Shown here piece by piece: positions 50,066 to 63,479 of a stretch of 64,000 nucleotides of DNA (positions are counted from its first letter, which is position 1; each line of letters starts with the position of its first letter). The stretch covers positions 178,932,001 through 178,996,000 of the forward strand of contig NC_042998.1 in assembly GCF_006345805.1 (NCBI RefSeq). The letters are read 5' to 3'. The stretch is from Octopus sinensis. Taxonomy: Eukaryota. The notes beneath the pieces were generated by a model. It had not been told where the DNA came from. It saw nothing but the letters and a program-made list of their open reading frames with translations, and searched no databases. The translations under genes and the position numbers were made by a program.

Positions 50066-51045
50066 GGGTGTGGGTATACTTATTGCTGAAAAATGGGTAG
50101 ATAAGGTAATCAAGGTAGTCAGAGTATGTGACAGAATACTTAAGATTAGATTAGTGCTTCATCATGGGTTAGCAACCATTATCAGGGCTAAGTGGATGCC
50201 CAGAAGAAGACCAGCATGGAGGAGAAGGGTCTGGAAGCTTAAAGATCCTGCCAATGAACAGAGATTTAGAGACATATTACTCGAAACCTTTAACAAAATA
50301 GCAGGGGATATAATTTCACACAATGTAGAAGACAACTGGTGGTTTCTATGGGACAATCTATTGAGGGCCACAGACCAGATCTGTGGATGGTGCAAAGTCC
50401 CCTCTCGACCCAAAATAACATGGTAGTGGAACAATGTTGTTGACAGAGCTATAAGAGAAAAAAAACAGGCTTGGAAGGACTGGAAGAATGGTGGTAGCAG
50501 GGAATTGTATCAGATTGTCAGAAGGGAAGCTAGGAGGCAGGTTTATTTAGCCAGAGGAGAAGCAGATAAGAAAAAATTTGCCAATGTTCTGCACTGTGAG
50601 GATTAAAGACTTGAAGTATTTCGTGTTGCAAGACAGTGTATGAGAGAGAATCATGATGTTGTAGGAGAGAAATGTGTTCACATGGATGATGGTTCACTCG
50701 CACTAGACGAGGCTGCAAAGAAAGGGGTTTGGAGACACCACTATGAAAGGTTGCTGAATAAGGAAAATGAATGGGAGAAAGAAAGTCTGCCGAATGTCAA
50801 CCCAACAGAGGGACCTGCTATCCGAGTTGACAGTACCCTGGTAGATAAAGCAATTAAGAGTATGAAGACAGGGAAAGCCCTCGGCCCACCAGGAATCACT
50901 GCAGAGATGCTCAAAATATCTGGCAGTGTTGGCTATAGCCTAGTCACCCGTATAGAAAACCAGGTGATACACAAAGGAGTCATACCCAATGACTGGTGTA
51001 GCAGCACTATAGTCAACTGCTATAAAGGAAAAGGTGATATTTTGT
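50066..51045 (+). mobile_element. RTE LINE fragment (part of the APE domain, linker, RT start)
   Basis: GVGILIAEKWVDKV, MKTGKALGPPGITAEMLK, IPNDWCSSTIVNCYKGKGD; overlaps in sequence with 31095-31480. Confidence 0.9.
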
Positions 51046-51096
51046 GTATAGTTTATCCTTCTCTTACATTTTAATGTTCTAACTGAGATATATATA

Positions 51097-52331
51097 CAGG
51101 GGTTGGACAAAATAATGGAAACACCTAGCATCGTAGCATTTTGAAATATCTATAAAACCATGAAAAGCTTGTTTGGATGTATTATTAGTGTTGCTTATGT
51201 TTTCCTAAAATTGCTGTTTCTTTTCAGATATCATCAGAAAAATGTAATTAAAATTCATTAAAATGACAGATCTATCAGACTTTCAAAGAGGTCAAATTGT
51301 TGGTGCTTGTATAGAAGGTGCTAGTGTAACGAAAACAGTTGAAATATTTGGTGTATCAAGAAGTACTGCCTTGAAAGTAATGACAGCCTTTGAGAATGAG
51401 GGAAAAACCTCCTCGTCGAAACAAAACTCTGGTAGAAAACCAAAACTTTCAGATAGGGACCATCGGACTCTTACATGAAGTACAGCTCCCAAAATTACTG
51501 CAGAGCTTAATGACCACCTCGAGAACCCAGTTTCCACAAAAACTGTTCACTGGGAGCTGCACAAAGCTGGATTTCATGGGAGGGCTGCTATCAGAAAACC
51601 ACTACTTTCAAAAACAAACGTTGCAATGCTTTAGAGTGGAGTAAAGACCTACAGAATTGGTCTCTCGAGCAGTGGAAAAATGTTATTTTCTTGGATGAGT
51701 CATCCTTTTCTTTGTTTTTGATCACTGGCCGAGTATATGTGTGGAGACAGCCAAAAGAAGCATTTGACACAGACTGCCTTCTTCCAACTGTTAAACATGG
51801 AGGAGGATCTCTGATGATTGGTGAGGGGGGAGGGCTATATCTTGGAAATCTGCCGGCCCAATGGTTTCCCTTCATGGCAGAATTAATAGTCAAGACTATT
51901 TAAGCATTTATCTGATCAAATTCATCCTATGAATGCGGAACTGTTTCCGGAGAGAAATGCAATCATTCGGGATGATAATGCACCAATTCACACAGCTAAA
52001 GTTGTAATTGAATGGCACGAGGAACATTCTTGTAAAGTCGAACATCTTATCTGGCCACCACAGTCCCCAGATCTCAATACTATTGAAAATTTATGGTGCA
52101 TTTTAGAAAAACAAGTAAGGAGTCAATATCCTCCACCATCATTACCACAAGAACTGGAGACTGTTTTAGTTGAAGAAGGGACAAAAATTCATTTGGAAAC
52201 AATTCAAACTCTGTACGAGTCCATACCTCATGGAATTCAAGCTGTAATTATTGCCAAAGGCAGTCCTACCCCATATTAAAATAAATTTGTTTGAAATTTT
52301 AAGGTGTTTCTCATTATTTTGTCCATCTCCT
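51097..52331 (+). mobile_element. Near-full-length but frameshifted Tc1-family transposon with DD36E spacing
   Basis: About 30-bp TIRs (caggggttggacaaaataatggaaacacct / aggtgtttctcattattttgtccatctcct), 5' TA; DESSF, VKHGGGS, DDNAPIH...WPPQSPDLNTIENLW. Confidence 0.92.
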
Positions 52332-52393
52332 CCATGTCCCCCTACATGGCCTTGCTTTTTGCTTTTTGAGCCAAAAACTTAACTTAACTTAAC

Positions 52394-52435
<42 letters not shown>

Positions 52436-55370
52436 CATAATTATATTGAAAGAACAGATGCAAAGGAAGCATTCAATGCATGTAGCAAAATTATTTATTT
52501 ATTCAAAGCTGATATTTCTATCTGTCATTACTTAAGAGTTGTGTTGCTACGTGTGGTTCTTCATTGATTTCTGATGGCCAGAAACTCTGAGTAGCAACAG
52601 AGTGAATCATCAATTTCAAACTGACTAATCAAATTATTCAGTGAGTGAGTCATCAGATGCAAACAAATTTATCATACAGTTTATCATCATCATTGTCATC
52701 ATCATCACCACTATCATCCTCATCATTGTTGTCATAACAGTTTCACTTCAGTTTATTTTCATTTAATCATCACTGTAAATGCCTCCATCTTCATCAAAAT
52801 GTCATTCCTTCTTATTCCGGAGTATTTCATTTGTTGTCTCGAATATCTAATTCAAGAATTTTATCCAACTTGGGGTAAGCTTTCAAACTCTGAAAAAAAA
52901 ACAAAAGAACAAACAGAAATTTAGTACATAAGATGTGGATATATTGGGTGTTGCTGCATCTTTTCTTGGTTTTCAATTAATGTTAGGAAAGCACTCACAT
53001 CAGAACACAGCTAAGTTGAAATAAAAAAAAAATTTACACTAAACTGAAGGGTTACTCAATACTTTTAGCAGAATACATCATAATCATCATCATCATTGTT
53101 TAATGTCCGTTTTCCATGCTAGCATGGGCTGGACAGCTATTTGTTATTCTTTTACAAGGGTGCCCCAGCATGGCCACGGCTCGTGAGCTGAAACTAGATA
53201 AAATAAAAAAACAGTATTGACAGTAACTTTGAAGTTTCAACTTGTTTAGCTTTTGTCAGACAGTCTTGTTAAAGAATGATAAATTTGTACTCTACAAAAT
53301 GTATTGAACAATTCTTCAGGTTAATACAAAATTTATAGTTTCCCCCCTCTATCTTTGTCCACTCACTACATTCCCTCTCCCCCACCTCTTACTTTCCTTT
53401 TGCCATCTTGTGGACTTACCCACCCACCCTATCTAATCCTTGGCCCCGCTTATATACACTTCTCTGTAACTTGGGTGTCCCTCCACCCTTGTCCCTTATA
53501 AACCATATTCTCTTCCCCTCTCCCCTCCTACTAAATTATCCATGTATTTCTTTTACTGCAAAATGCCTATTTCTTTTCTACTCATACGCTCATCTGGCAC
53601 AAAGCCACTTTCATCAATACTTCTCCCCACCATCAGCTGAGGAGTCTTGTCTTGTAAACAATTTAGTGACCCCATTGCTGCTTGTCATGTAAGAAGCACT
53701 CAGTACACTGTAAAGACGTTGGCATTAGGAAGGGCATCCAGTTGCAGAACCATGCCAATGCAGACAGTAGAGCTTGGCATAACCTTCTAACTTGCCAGCT
53801 CCAGTTAACCTGTTCAACACATTCCACCTCAGAAAATGGACATTGAATGATAATGATGCTGGTGTTGATTGACATAAAAACAAACATTAATATAGGATAT
53901 GAATATATTGTGTTTTAACATAGGCCACTGGCAAAATGTTGTTAGGGAGGGTTAATTAAACCATTTCATCTTCATCATTTAATGTCCACTCTTCCATTCT
54001 TACAAGGGTTGGATGGAAATTAATGAGACAGATTTTCCCCTCCGAGGCACAAGTTCAGGAAAATGTCTATGGAAGACCAGCAGTTGCCCATACATACCAG
54101 TCTCTCCTCCTCTCCATGCCACCAATGTTATCCAAGGGAAAAGCAAAGGCTGATACATCTTGGTACCAGGGATGTCACATCTCATTTCTACAGCTGAGTG
54201 AACTGGAGCCATATGAAATAAAGTGTCTTGCTCAAGAACACAACACACAGCCCAGTCCAGGAATCAAGCTCACCACCTCATGACAGTGAGTCTGATGCTC
54301 TAAGCACTGGTATGCACAAATACATATACACACATGCATATACATACATATGTACATATATACATACACACACATGATGGACTTCAACACAGTTTCCATC
54401 TACCAAATCCACTCACAAGACTTTGATCAGCCTGGGGATATAACAAAAGACACTTGTCCAAAATGCTGTACAATGGGACTGAACTTGAAACCATGTATTT
54501 CCAAAGCAACCTTCTTTACCACACAGCCATGCCTGTGCTTGTACATCTTTTGTTGAGGTATATCAGTGAAAGATGTAAATATTAGTTAGAAATCTGAACA
54601 AAATGGTGCTTTTCAAACAAAGCCCTGTTGATTTTTGTTCTGCACTGAGTTCCACAGACACTCTTTTGTGACTATCATCATCAGAAATGCAGTGAGCCAG
54701 TGAACGGACCGTTGGAAACCTGTAATTGCTGAAACTATTTTTCACACGGAATAAAAGTGGCAAGGTGACATGTATTGAAGTTTTAATTGATCTGGTATTG
54801 ATCACAAAATGTCATTGTTGTGACATCTGTTGTATTTTATTCTTCAATTTCATTTTTATTGGTTTTTAGCTTTTAGACTGCAGTCATGCTGTGGCATTGC
54901 ATTCAAGGTCAATAATATTTGACCTGAATAGGCAGTAAGGTGGTAGAAGTGCTAAGGCATTAGGTAGACTATCTTACAGTATTTGTCCCTGATCTCTGTG
55001 CTCTGGTTCAAATCCTGTCTGAGGCTAACTTTGACTTACATCTTGTTTGGACTAGATAAATACAGTAGCAATACTGCGGTTGATTTCCTCCCTCTTTCTC
55101 TCCTTCTTCCCCCCAGGAAATCAACCTAGAGTAGTTTAGGTCCTACAAAGTTAAAAATGCCCGAAACATAGTATGATGGCACCACTAAAACTCCATCAGA
55201 AGCTAAAAGTACAAGAAAAGAAGAAAAGAAGCAACTGATTGTGATACTTATTTACAGTAGTATTTATTTTATTTATGATAATTTATTTATCATTATTGAC
55301 TGGTATTCACAAGGTATGTTTTCAATGCAACACCAGTTTTATACCAGTAAACATAGACATAGACTGACAC

Positions 55371-55584
55371 GTAATATTTACCTCCACTTGAAAGTGGATG
55401 TTGTGTTAGAACACAGAATACTGCGTTATTCACCACGAGAGAACCTCTCATATGGACTTTTGGTGCGTATAAGCATTCATGTTGATATGCACCACAAGTC
55501 CATATGAGAGGTTCTCTCATGGTAAATAATGCAGTATTCTGTGTTCTAACGCAACATCTACTTTTAAGTGGGGTTAAATATTAC
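55371..55584. repeat. About 100-bp-arm imperfect inverted repeat (hairpin/foldback MITE-like)
   Basis: 55371-55470 pairs with 55485-55584 around a 14-nt spacer; a related partial copy lies near 49262-49325. Confidence 0.85.
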
Positions 55585-56289
55585 CTTTTGGTATTATTAC
55601 TATTTCTGTTGTTATTAATTATAGACTAACATATATCGTCATCACCGTCATTATATCTTTATCTCTTACTTGTTTCAGTCATTGGACTGTGGCCATACGG
55701 GGGCACCACCCTGAAAGGTTTAGTTGAACAGATTGACCCCAGTATTAATTTTTTAGTTTGATACTTACTATCCTCTCTTTTGCTGAACTGCTAATTCAAG
55801 GGAAACATAAATAAACCAATCCCAATTGTCAAATAATGAAGGGGATAAACAACAAATATAAAGACTCACACACACATCTATCTAAACATATGATGGGCTT
55901 ACACACAGTTTCCACCTGCTAAATTCACCCACAAAGTATTGGTTGGCTCTCAGGCATAGCAGAAGACACTTGCCTAAGGTGCCACACAGTGGGACTGAAC
56001 CTGAAATCATGTGGTTTCAAAGCAAGCCTTTTACCCACATGATCATGCTTGCACCAGGCAGTCTTCTGTACATTTTCTATCAACCAAATTTCACCCAGAA
56101 AGTATGAGTTGGCCTGAGTCAGTAGTAAAAGACACTTGCCCAAGGTGCTGTGCAATGAACAGGATCCAATACCATTTAATTACAAAACAAACTGCTTGAC
56201 CAAGCAGCTATGCCTGTGCTTCAAGCACAAATGTGAGCATGTCACAATATCTACATTTATATTTACTAATATAAACCTAATATTGTGCA

Positions 56290-56333
<44 letters not shown>

Positions 56334-58628
56334 TATATATATATCATCAATCATCATCATCATCGTTTAACGTCTGTTTTTCATGCTAGCATGGGTTGGA
56401 CTGTTTGATTGGGGTCTGAGAAGCCAGGAGGCTGCACCAGGCTCCAGTCTGATCTGGCAGTGTTTCTACAGCTGGATGCCCTTCCTAATGCCAGCCACTC
56501 CATGAGTGTAGTGGGTGCTTTTGTACGTGCCACCGGCACAGGTGCCAGGGGAGGCTGGAAACGGCCACGATTGGTTGGTACTTTTTACATGTCACTGGCA
56601 CGGGTATCACAACTACAATTTCCATTTGATTTTTGTATATATATATACATGATCTTCATTCACCATCTGTTTTCCATGCTGGCATGGGTTGGACAGTTTA
56701 ACAGGAGCTATGCAGGCTCCAGTTCTCTCTTTTTGGTATGGTTTCTATAGCTTGATGTTCCTCCTAATGCCAACCACTTTACAGCATGTACTGGGTGCTT
56801 TTTTATGTGACACTGGCACTAGTGCTTTTCACATGACACCAGCATGGGATTAAGAATATATAAAGTATTTTAGAATGCAGAAAGCATTTTATATATGTGG
56901 CATGTAAAATGCATCACCTGAACGTGGCCAATGCCAGTGCCCCCTGTGTTGGTAGCATGTAAAAAGCACTATTCGACATAATCGATACTAGGCCCGCCTG
57001 ACTGGCTCCTGTGCTGGTGGCATGTAAAAAGCACCCACTACACTCTCGGAGTGGTTGGCATTAGGAAGGGCATTCAGCTGTAGAAACATTGCCAGATCAG
57101 ATCAGAGCTTTCCAGATCTCAGTCAAACCATCCAGCCCTCAGTCAAATTGTCCAACCCATACCAGGATGGAAAATGGATGGTAAACGATGATGATGATGA
57201 TGATGATATATATTGATAAACAAATTCAAACACACATACATAAGGTGTGTGTGTTGTTAGCTCATGGGTCAGCTGTGTTTTAGGCACAAGAGAATATATT
57301 CTCAATGCATCTGGTATTAAAACACCTGAAAGTAAGTCATAGGTCAATGAGACAACTCACATCAGGTCCCTTTTCTGCATTGGGAATATATTCTCTTACT
57401 CCTAAAAATGCAACTGGCCCGTAAACTAACAACATACCCATCTTGTGTACATGTGTTCGAATTTTTTTTACATACCTCAAGCTAATTCATATTTGAATAT
57501 ATATATATATTTTTTCATTCAATGGAGAAATAGTCAAATTTGTTATTTGTATACAAGGGCAGACTGAGACTATTAAGAGCCCTCGGGCATAACTATTTAC
57601 CAGATCCCTTAGCATTGATTTTAGTAGAGTTAACATATAGAGTGTGAGCCCCTCAGAGCTCTGGGCCCTCAGGCAGTGCCCAATTGACTGATGGCTCGGC
57701 CCATCTCTGTTTGTATGTCTAATACACAAAGAAAATATATCATCATTGTTTAGCATGGAAGGTGGATGTTAAATGAATATAATGATGTTCAACATGTGTC
57801 TCCTCACCGAAAAGGTAATTATTTTTCCACGCTTGCTGATATTGTTTTTGTGTCTCCTTTTGTCTCAAAGCTGTAGGGCGCCTGTGTCATCCATGATTTT
57901 AACCGTTACTGTCTTCAAAAAAGTTTTTTTCGTTTCATGTTCGTCTCTGTTGCGTTGCATTCTTTCCTTCTGGGGCTGGCCAATTCAGAGCGGATCTCAG
58001 AATTAAACAGCCGAAATCTGCGATGAGGAATCGGTTTCTGACTGAAGAACAAAGGCTTTGAATGACCCGTCTGTCTCTTATGTTCTTCCCTTCGTGTATT
58101 TCACGTTATTTATTTATGTAAAGGTTTATTATATATTCTTTGTGTATTAGACATACAAATGTCAAATTTCACTATTTCTCCATAGACTGAAAAAAACCTG
58201 ATAAACAACCCTAATTGATTTCCAAGCCTTATTAGGTTCTCATCAGAAGTGTCCACATTGTTTGACCAATCCCAGAGAAACAACTAGCCAATCAGTTTAT
58301 ACACACAACAGATCCACTGACTCTAGAGAACTGGGTTTACTAATTTGCATGCTATAAATATTTAACTGTATTTAATACTACTGACCTGTCAATCTATGTA
58401 GTAGACTCATAAACAGGGCAAATTTATCTATTCCGCAGTAGTTTTGTTTTTTTACAAGATTCCACTCACAAAGTTTTAATGTTTTACTGTTGCCTTAGAC
58501 ACACTAACACATTGTGAGTAATGTACAATGAATGGATTGAATTTGGAGCCCTCTGGTTGCAAGGCATACCACTTAACAAAACATAATACATAATTTGAAA
58601 TAAATTACACATGTACACACACTATCTG

Positions 58629-58683
<55 letters not shown>

Positions 58684-59554
58684 TCATCATCGTTTAACGT
58701 CCGTTAACCATGCTAGCATGGGTTGGATGATTCGACCAGGGTCTGGGACGCCAGGAGGCTGCACCAGGCTCGAGTCTGATCTGGCAGTGTTTCTACAGCT
58801 GGATGCCCTTCCTAATGCTAACCACTCCATGAATGAATTTATATATATAAATAAGAGGGAGAGAGAGAGAGAGAGAGAGAGAAAGAGATGTGTGTGTGTG
58901 TGTGTGCACATGTGTATAATACGCACATACACACAACGCAAAAACATATATATTTGTATCTATTGTAACCTGAGATATTAGATAGAAAACAGATATCAAA
59001 TGATGATGATGATGATGTAAGGAAAATGAAAAATTATTCTCTTAGGAAGCTTTTATTTCTGATTGAAAAATTATGAAATAACTTGTTATTGCCAATTTTG
59101 ATTGCCCCAAATTAGTCCTCGTCAAGTTCAACTTTGACATTCCAACCATAACCACCTTGCATCTTTCTGGGGTACTATACTCCAGGCTCCACCATTTAGT
59201 TTTTTTTTAAAGGTAGCAGGATGCAATTTAAGGAATATTTGGTTACTATATCTAGCAGATTGAATGACCTGGAAGAGGCACTGTCATTAGCTCATGCAAT
59301 TACTGGTAAATGTGTCAATGCACTTACCAGAAGATTATGACCCTTTTTTACTCTTTGTACTTCAGAAGACTCGTCAAACCAAGTGAAATCATAGTTGTGG
59401 CTGCTGCCGGTGTCACAAAATGGCACCTGTGCCACTGATATGTAGAAAGTACCTATTACACGCTTGGAGTGATTGGTGTTAGGAAGAGTATCCAGCCATA
59501 GAAACTATGCCAAACCAGACTGGAACATGGTACAGCTCTCCAGCTTACCAGTTT

Positions 59555-59855
59555 TTTTTTTGTTTTGTTCCTTCTCGAGCAATGCCTGGCTCATAAGGGC
59601 CGGTTTCCTTGGTGTATAGGTTCCCCACCTGGACGGGACACTGGTCCATCGCAGGTGAGCTGCAAGATGCTGGAGGAAAGAGTGAGAGAAAGTTGTGGCG
59701 AAAGAGTCAGCAGAAGTTTGCCATTATCTTCTGCTGGAGCTGTGTGGAACTTAAGGGTTTCACTCATAAACACACACATCGCCTGGTCTGAGATTCGAAC
59801 CCGTGATCCCTCGACCACGAGTCCGCTGCTCTAACCACTAGGCCATGTGCCTCCA
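59555..59855 (-). mobile_element. Young tRNA-derived SINE with A-tail and 14-bp TSD, inserted in an RTE 3' UTR copy
   Basis: Head ggcctagtggttagagc...ggttcgaatc; TSD cagcttaccagttt at 59541-59554 and 59856-59869. Confidence 0.9.
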
Positions 59856-61082
59856 CAGCTTACCAGTTTCAGTCAAACCGTCTAACCCATGCTAGCATGG
59901 AAAGCAGATGCTAAAATGATGATGATGGTTATTACATCTGTTCAATACCTCCCTCCATATTAACTAATCACTGCTCTGGCAAAAAAAAAAAGAAAAACCC
60001 CAACAAAAGCGAAAAACCCCAACAAAAGCGAAAAACCCCAGCATGTCTCAAGTAAGATTACATCCTCCATATAAATAATTAAATCTAAGATTATACAGAT
60101 GTCTATATGTGTGTTTCATTTAGACAAATGACTGTTAGAAGATGAAGCAGATGTTCTGCTACCCACGGTGACAAGATTAATTGGTGATTTGCCTTTATTA
60201 ATAAACTTATTTTATATTTTCTTTTTCTTTTTGTAACTTGTTTTCATGGCAGGATTAATTTTCATTCATTTTGTAAAATGATAATAAAGTAAAAATTAAT
60301 TTTCTGTCCAAAAAATTATTTTCTGATAATAAAGTAAAAATTAATTTTCTGTCCACTTTCAGTATAGCAATCTATTTCTATTTTAATCTCATAAAAGACA
60401 GTGGACAGTTGCCAAGGAGAAGAAAATTGGCTTCGGCTTACATTTCATGGAACAGGATGCTTTTCAGGAGGAGGGAACGGTGGTGGGTGGGGTGGGGGAC
60501 ATTAACTAGTCAATAAAATAAAATATGTATCTGTGATAGATTGAGATAAATTGTTGAGATCTATTATGGATTGAACTGATTCCTAGATGAAAGTCAAAGT
60601 AAATATTGACCACATAAGTTACATGTAGAAAATTCAAAATAAGTGGTCACATTTTCAAACAATAGTCTGAAGGTGAAGAATATATATGTTTGCTTCTGTA
60701 TCATTGTATGACAATGACCGAAGGATTCACCACTAAATTTTATAGACAAAACATCTAAATTGTTTTTTCTAAATTAAATTTTTCTGACATGAACAATTCC
60801 TCCTTGAGGTATTTAAGTAATCTACAAAGTTATATTTTCCTTCCATTAAATCTAAATTCTAAAAACAATTGTTCAGCTTTCCTTTTGTGACAAATAGTCT
60901 GTATTTATTATCTGAATTAAGCTACTAGCATAAGAATATGAGATTGTTATTTAAACTTACGACTAATTTAAAATGTTCACGAGATTAACAAAAAACAAAA
61001 ACAAAAACAAAAAAATAAATAAATAAAAAGAAAAGTAAAAAAGTAGACTGCAGCCATCTTTGAAAGTTGGTCTTAGCAATAT

Positions 61083-62570
61083 TTAAGCTTTTTGATATAA
61101 ATCACCTAAGGCCAACTCTGGTTCTGCAAAACAAAATATTTTGTTTTAAACTTTCAGACTGAAATTAGAAGCTTCTCTCTCCTGAATTTAAGTACAATAT
61201 GTTCAAAACACAAGTTTAATACTAAAAAAAGTTAGTTAATATATTAAATCTTACCAGAAATTTCATTATTAAGTGAAATTTTAACAGAAATATAAAAGCA
61301 ATGAATTTCGTTAGAAATAAGGTCATGTGAAGGTTAACATGTTTTTTTCTTATTATCAAAATACAAAATAAGGCAACAAGCTGATAGAATCTTTAACATA
61401 TCAAACCAAATGCTTAATGGCATTTTTCCGACTCATTATGTTCTGTGTTCCAGTTTCACCAAGGTTGACTTTACCTCCCAGCCGTTCATTGTTGAGGTAA
61501 ATGCATCACCTCTGCTTTAAAAATTGCTGGCCATGTGCCAAAATTAGAAAAAAGAATTTATTATGATATAAAAGGGACAGTGGAGTGATAGACAAGTTGT
61601 TTGTGGTATTTTGTTTTTCCTTGCCTATCATCCATCTGTAGTTGATATAATAGAATATTTTTCCACCACCTGAAGTATGTAGGCTTGTGCATGTGTCAGA
61701 AATCCTCAACAAAAACAAACACTGTGAAACAGTAATTATGTGAAGAGGGAGGGAATATTATTGAGTAAGTAGTTAAGAAAGATATGAATGTCACACAATC
61801 TCATTTCTTGTCAGCCTTAAATCTAACATATAACACCTATTCCTTCAACCACCATAACTAGAGCTGGGAACAGGCAAGATGTTATAAGAGTTAGAAATCT
61901 GGATTAGAGATCACACAAAAACGCAGCTTTAATTATTTCGAAGAGGAAGAGGAGAAGGAGAAAGAGGAAGAGGGGGAGGAAGAGGGAGAGGAAGAGGGAG
62001 AGGAAGAGGGAGAGGAAGAGGGGGAAGAGAAAGAGGAGAAGGAGGAAGAGAAAGAGGAAGAGGAAGAGGGGAGGAAGAGAAAGAGGAAGAGGAAGAGAAA
62101 GGGGGAGAGAAAGAGGAAGAGAAAGGGGGAGAGAAAGAGGAAGAGGAAGAGAAAGTAAAAGAGGAAGAGGGGGAAGAGGGGAGGAAGAGAAAGTAAAAGA
62201 GGGGGAGGAAGAGGGAGAGGAAGAGGGAGAGGAAGAGGGGGAAGAGAAAGAGGAGAAGGAGGAAGAGAAAGAGGAAAAGGAAGAGGGGAAGAAGGGGGAG
62301 GAAGAGAAAGTAAAAAAGGAAGAGGGGAGGAAGAGAAAGAGGAAAGGGGGAAGAAGAGAAAGAGAAAGTGAAAGAGGAAGAGGGGTGAGGAAGAGGAGGG
62401 AGGAAGAGGAGGAGGAAGAGGAGGAGGAAGAGGAAGAGGGGGAGGAGGAGAGTTAACATTATTAGATTATTCTCAGGCCAGCCTGCAAGGGAGACAACAT
62501 AGAACGTTTCTTGATGCTTACCTGTCGTCAGTGAAAAAATAGTCTTTGGACTAGCTTGTTGACCCTGTAG
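61083..62570 (-). CDS. Possible last two coding exons (62570-62522, 61123-61083) of an unidentified gene entering from the right edge
   Basis: tcttgactCAG|49 nt|GTAAGC joins in phase to ttttgttttgCAG|, giving LQGQQASPKTIFSLTT-E-PELALGDLYQKA*. No homology recognised. Confidence 0.35.
61940..62452. repeat. About 510-bp polypurine/polypyrimidine tract built from GAGGAA/GAAGAG-type units
   Basis: Almost exclusively G/A on the plus strand; source of the spurious ORF 61929..62579. Confidence 0.97.
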
Positions 62571-63479
62571 CTGAGTCAAGAAATGAGAGGAATTAATAAC
62601 TCACTTACAGAAGGTATTAAAATGCTTTCAATATTACTACTGACCACAAGGCAGTGAGTTGGCAGAACTGTTACCATGCCTGAAAAAATGTTTAATGGCA
62701 TTCCATCCATCTGAGTGTTTTGGGTTCAAATGCTACTGAGGTTGATTTTACCTTTCATCCTTTTGGGTTGATAAAATAAGAACCAGTTGAACACTGGGGT
62801 CGATGTAATCAACTTACCAGACTCACCTGAAATTGCTGGCTTTGTGCCAAAATTTGAAACTGATATTACTAATGACCATAGCAGAGTTAAATATAGTTAT
62901 TAGGAAAATATATTAAAGATCAACCACCCATATTCTCTAGCTGAGCAAGTAAGGGAGACAACTCTAAACACTTCTTGTTCATAGCTGTCATCAGTAGAAG
63001 TAAGCTTTTTACTGTTGACTGCTTTGTCCTGTAATAACTAGCTTGCTATAAGCCCAACATTTTCATGTTCAAATCAAACCAGGATAAAAAATAATAATAA
63101 TATCCACCATTCTTCATTTGTTAAAAAAACAAAAAAAAAAAATCCAAACTAGTCCCGAAAAATAATAAACCAGCCATATCTGCCCACTTTTAAATAAGCA
63201 AAGAAATGTTTATGGACTTACTTTTAATTTTATGAGGATAAATCTGTATTGCTGTTTAAACTTGCTGTTTTCACTATCACTGAAATAGTCTTGCATCTTT
63301 ACCTGAACATTAATGTTCTTCAAGTTGGGGCAGTTCTCTGTAAAAATGGGAGAATTTCAGAATTGATTTCAACTTGTACTGGATGATGATGTTTGTAGTG
63401 GTGGCGATGATGATAGTTATGATGATGCAAACATTGTTATACCAATGAGGATGATAATGGTGATGATAAGGGTGATCAT

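Larger units (their letters stand above)
3150..59928. repeat. More than 20 dispersed copies of the RTE 3' UTR (SINE-like), both orientations
   Basis: Shared core ggagtggttggcgttaggaagggcatccagctgtagaaac...aacccatgctagcatggaaagcggacgttaaacgatgatgat. Plus copies near 3150, 4000, 10625, 18150, 25652, 27795, 30605, 36890, 46195, 56890; minus copies near 11870, 16795, 21868, 22511, 38261, 40590, 56345, 58681. Confidence 0.92.

Noticed and set aside
52827-52889. Minus-strand terminal-exon-like segment (SLKAYPKLDKILELDIRDNK*) after a good acceptor; similar candidates near 47150-47340, 48670-48800 and 54563-54730
   Set aside because: No recognisable homology, and no consistent exon chain could be built.
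58040-58255. Two further hammerhead-like fragments (CTGAAGA...GTC at about 58042 +; CTGATGA-GAACCT-AATA-AGGCTT-GGAAA at about 58225-58246 -)
   Set aside because: GAAA or stems I/III are broken; at best these are decayed relics and cannot be supported without a family consensus.
59995-60355. Short tandem duplications (aaaaaccccaacaaaagcg; gataataaagtaaaaattaattttctgtcca), also at 14443-14485
   Set aside because: Ordinary slippage duplications with no additional structure.
61929-62579. 216-aa L/P/F/S-rich ORF
   Set aside because: Mostly the CT-rich strand of the polypurine tract; only the 49-nt exon-like part at its start is retained as a candidate.
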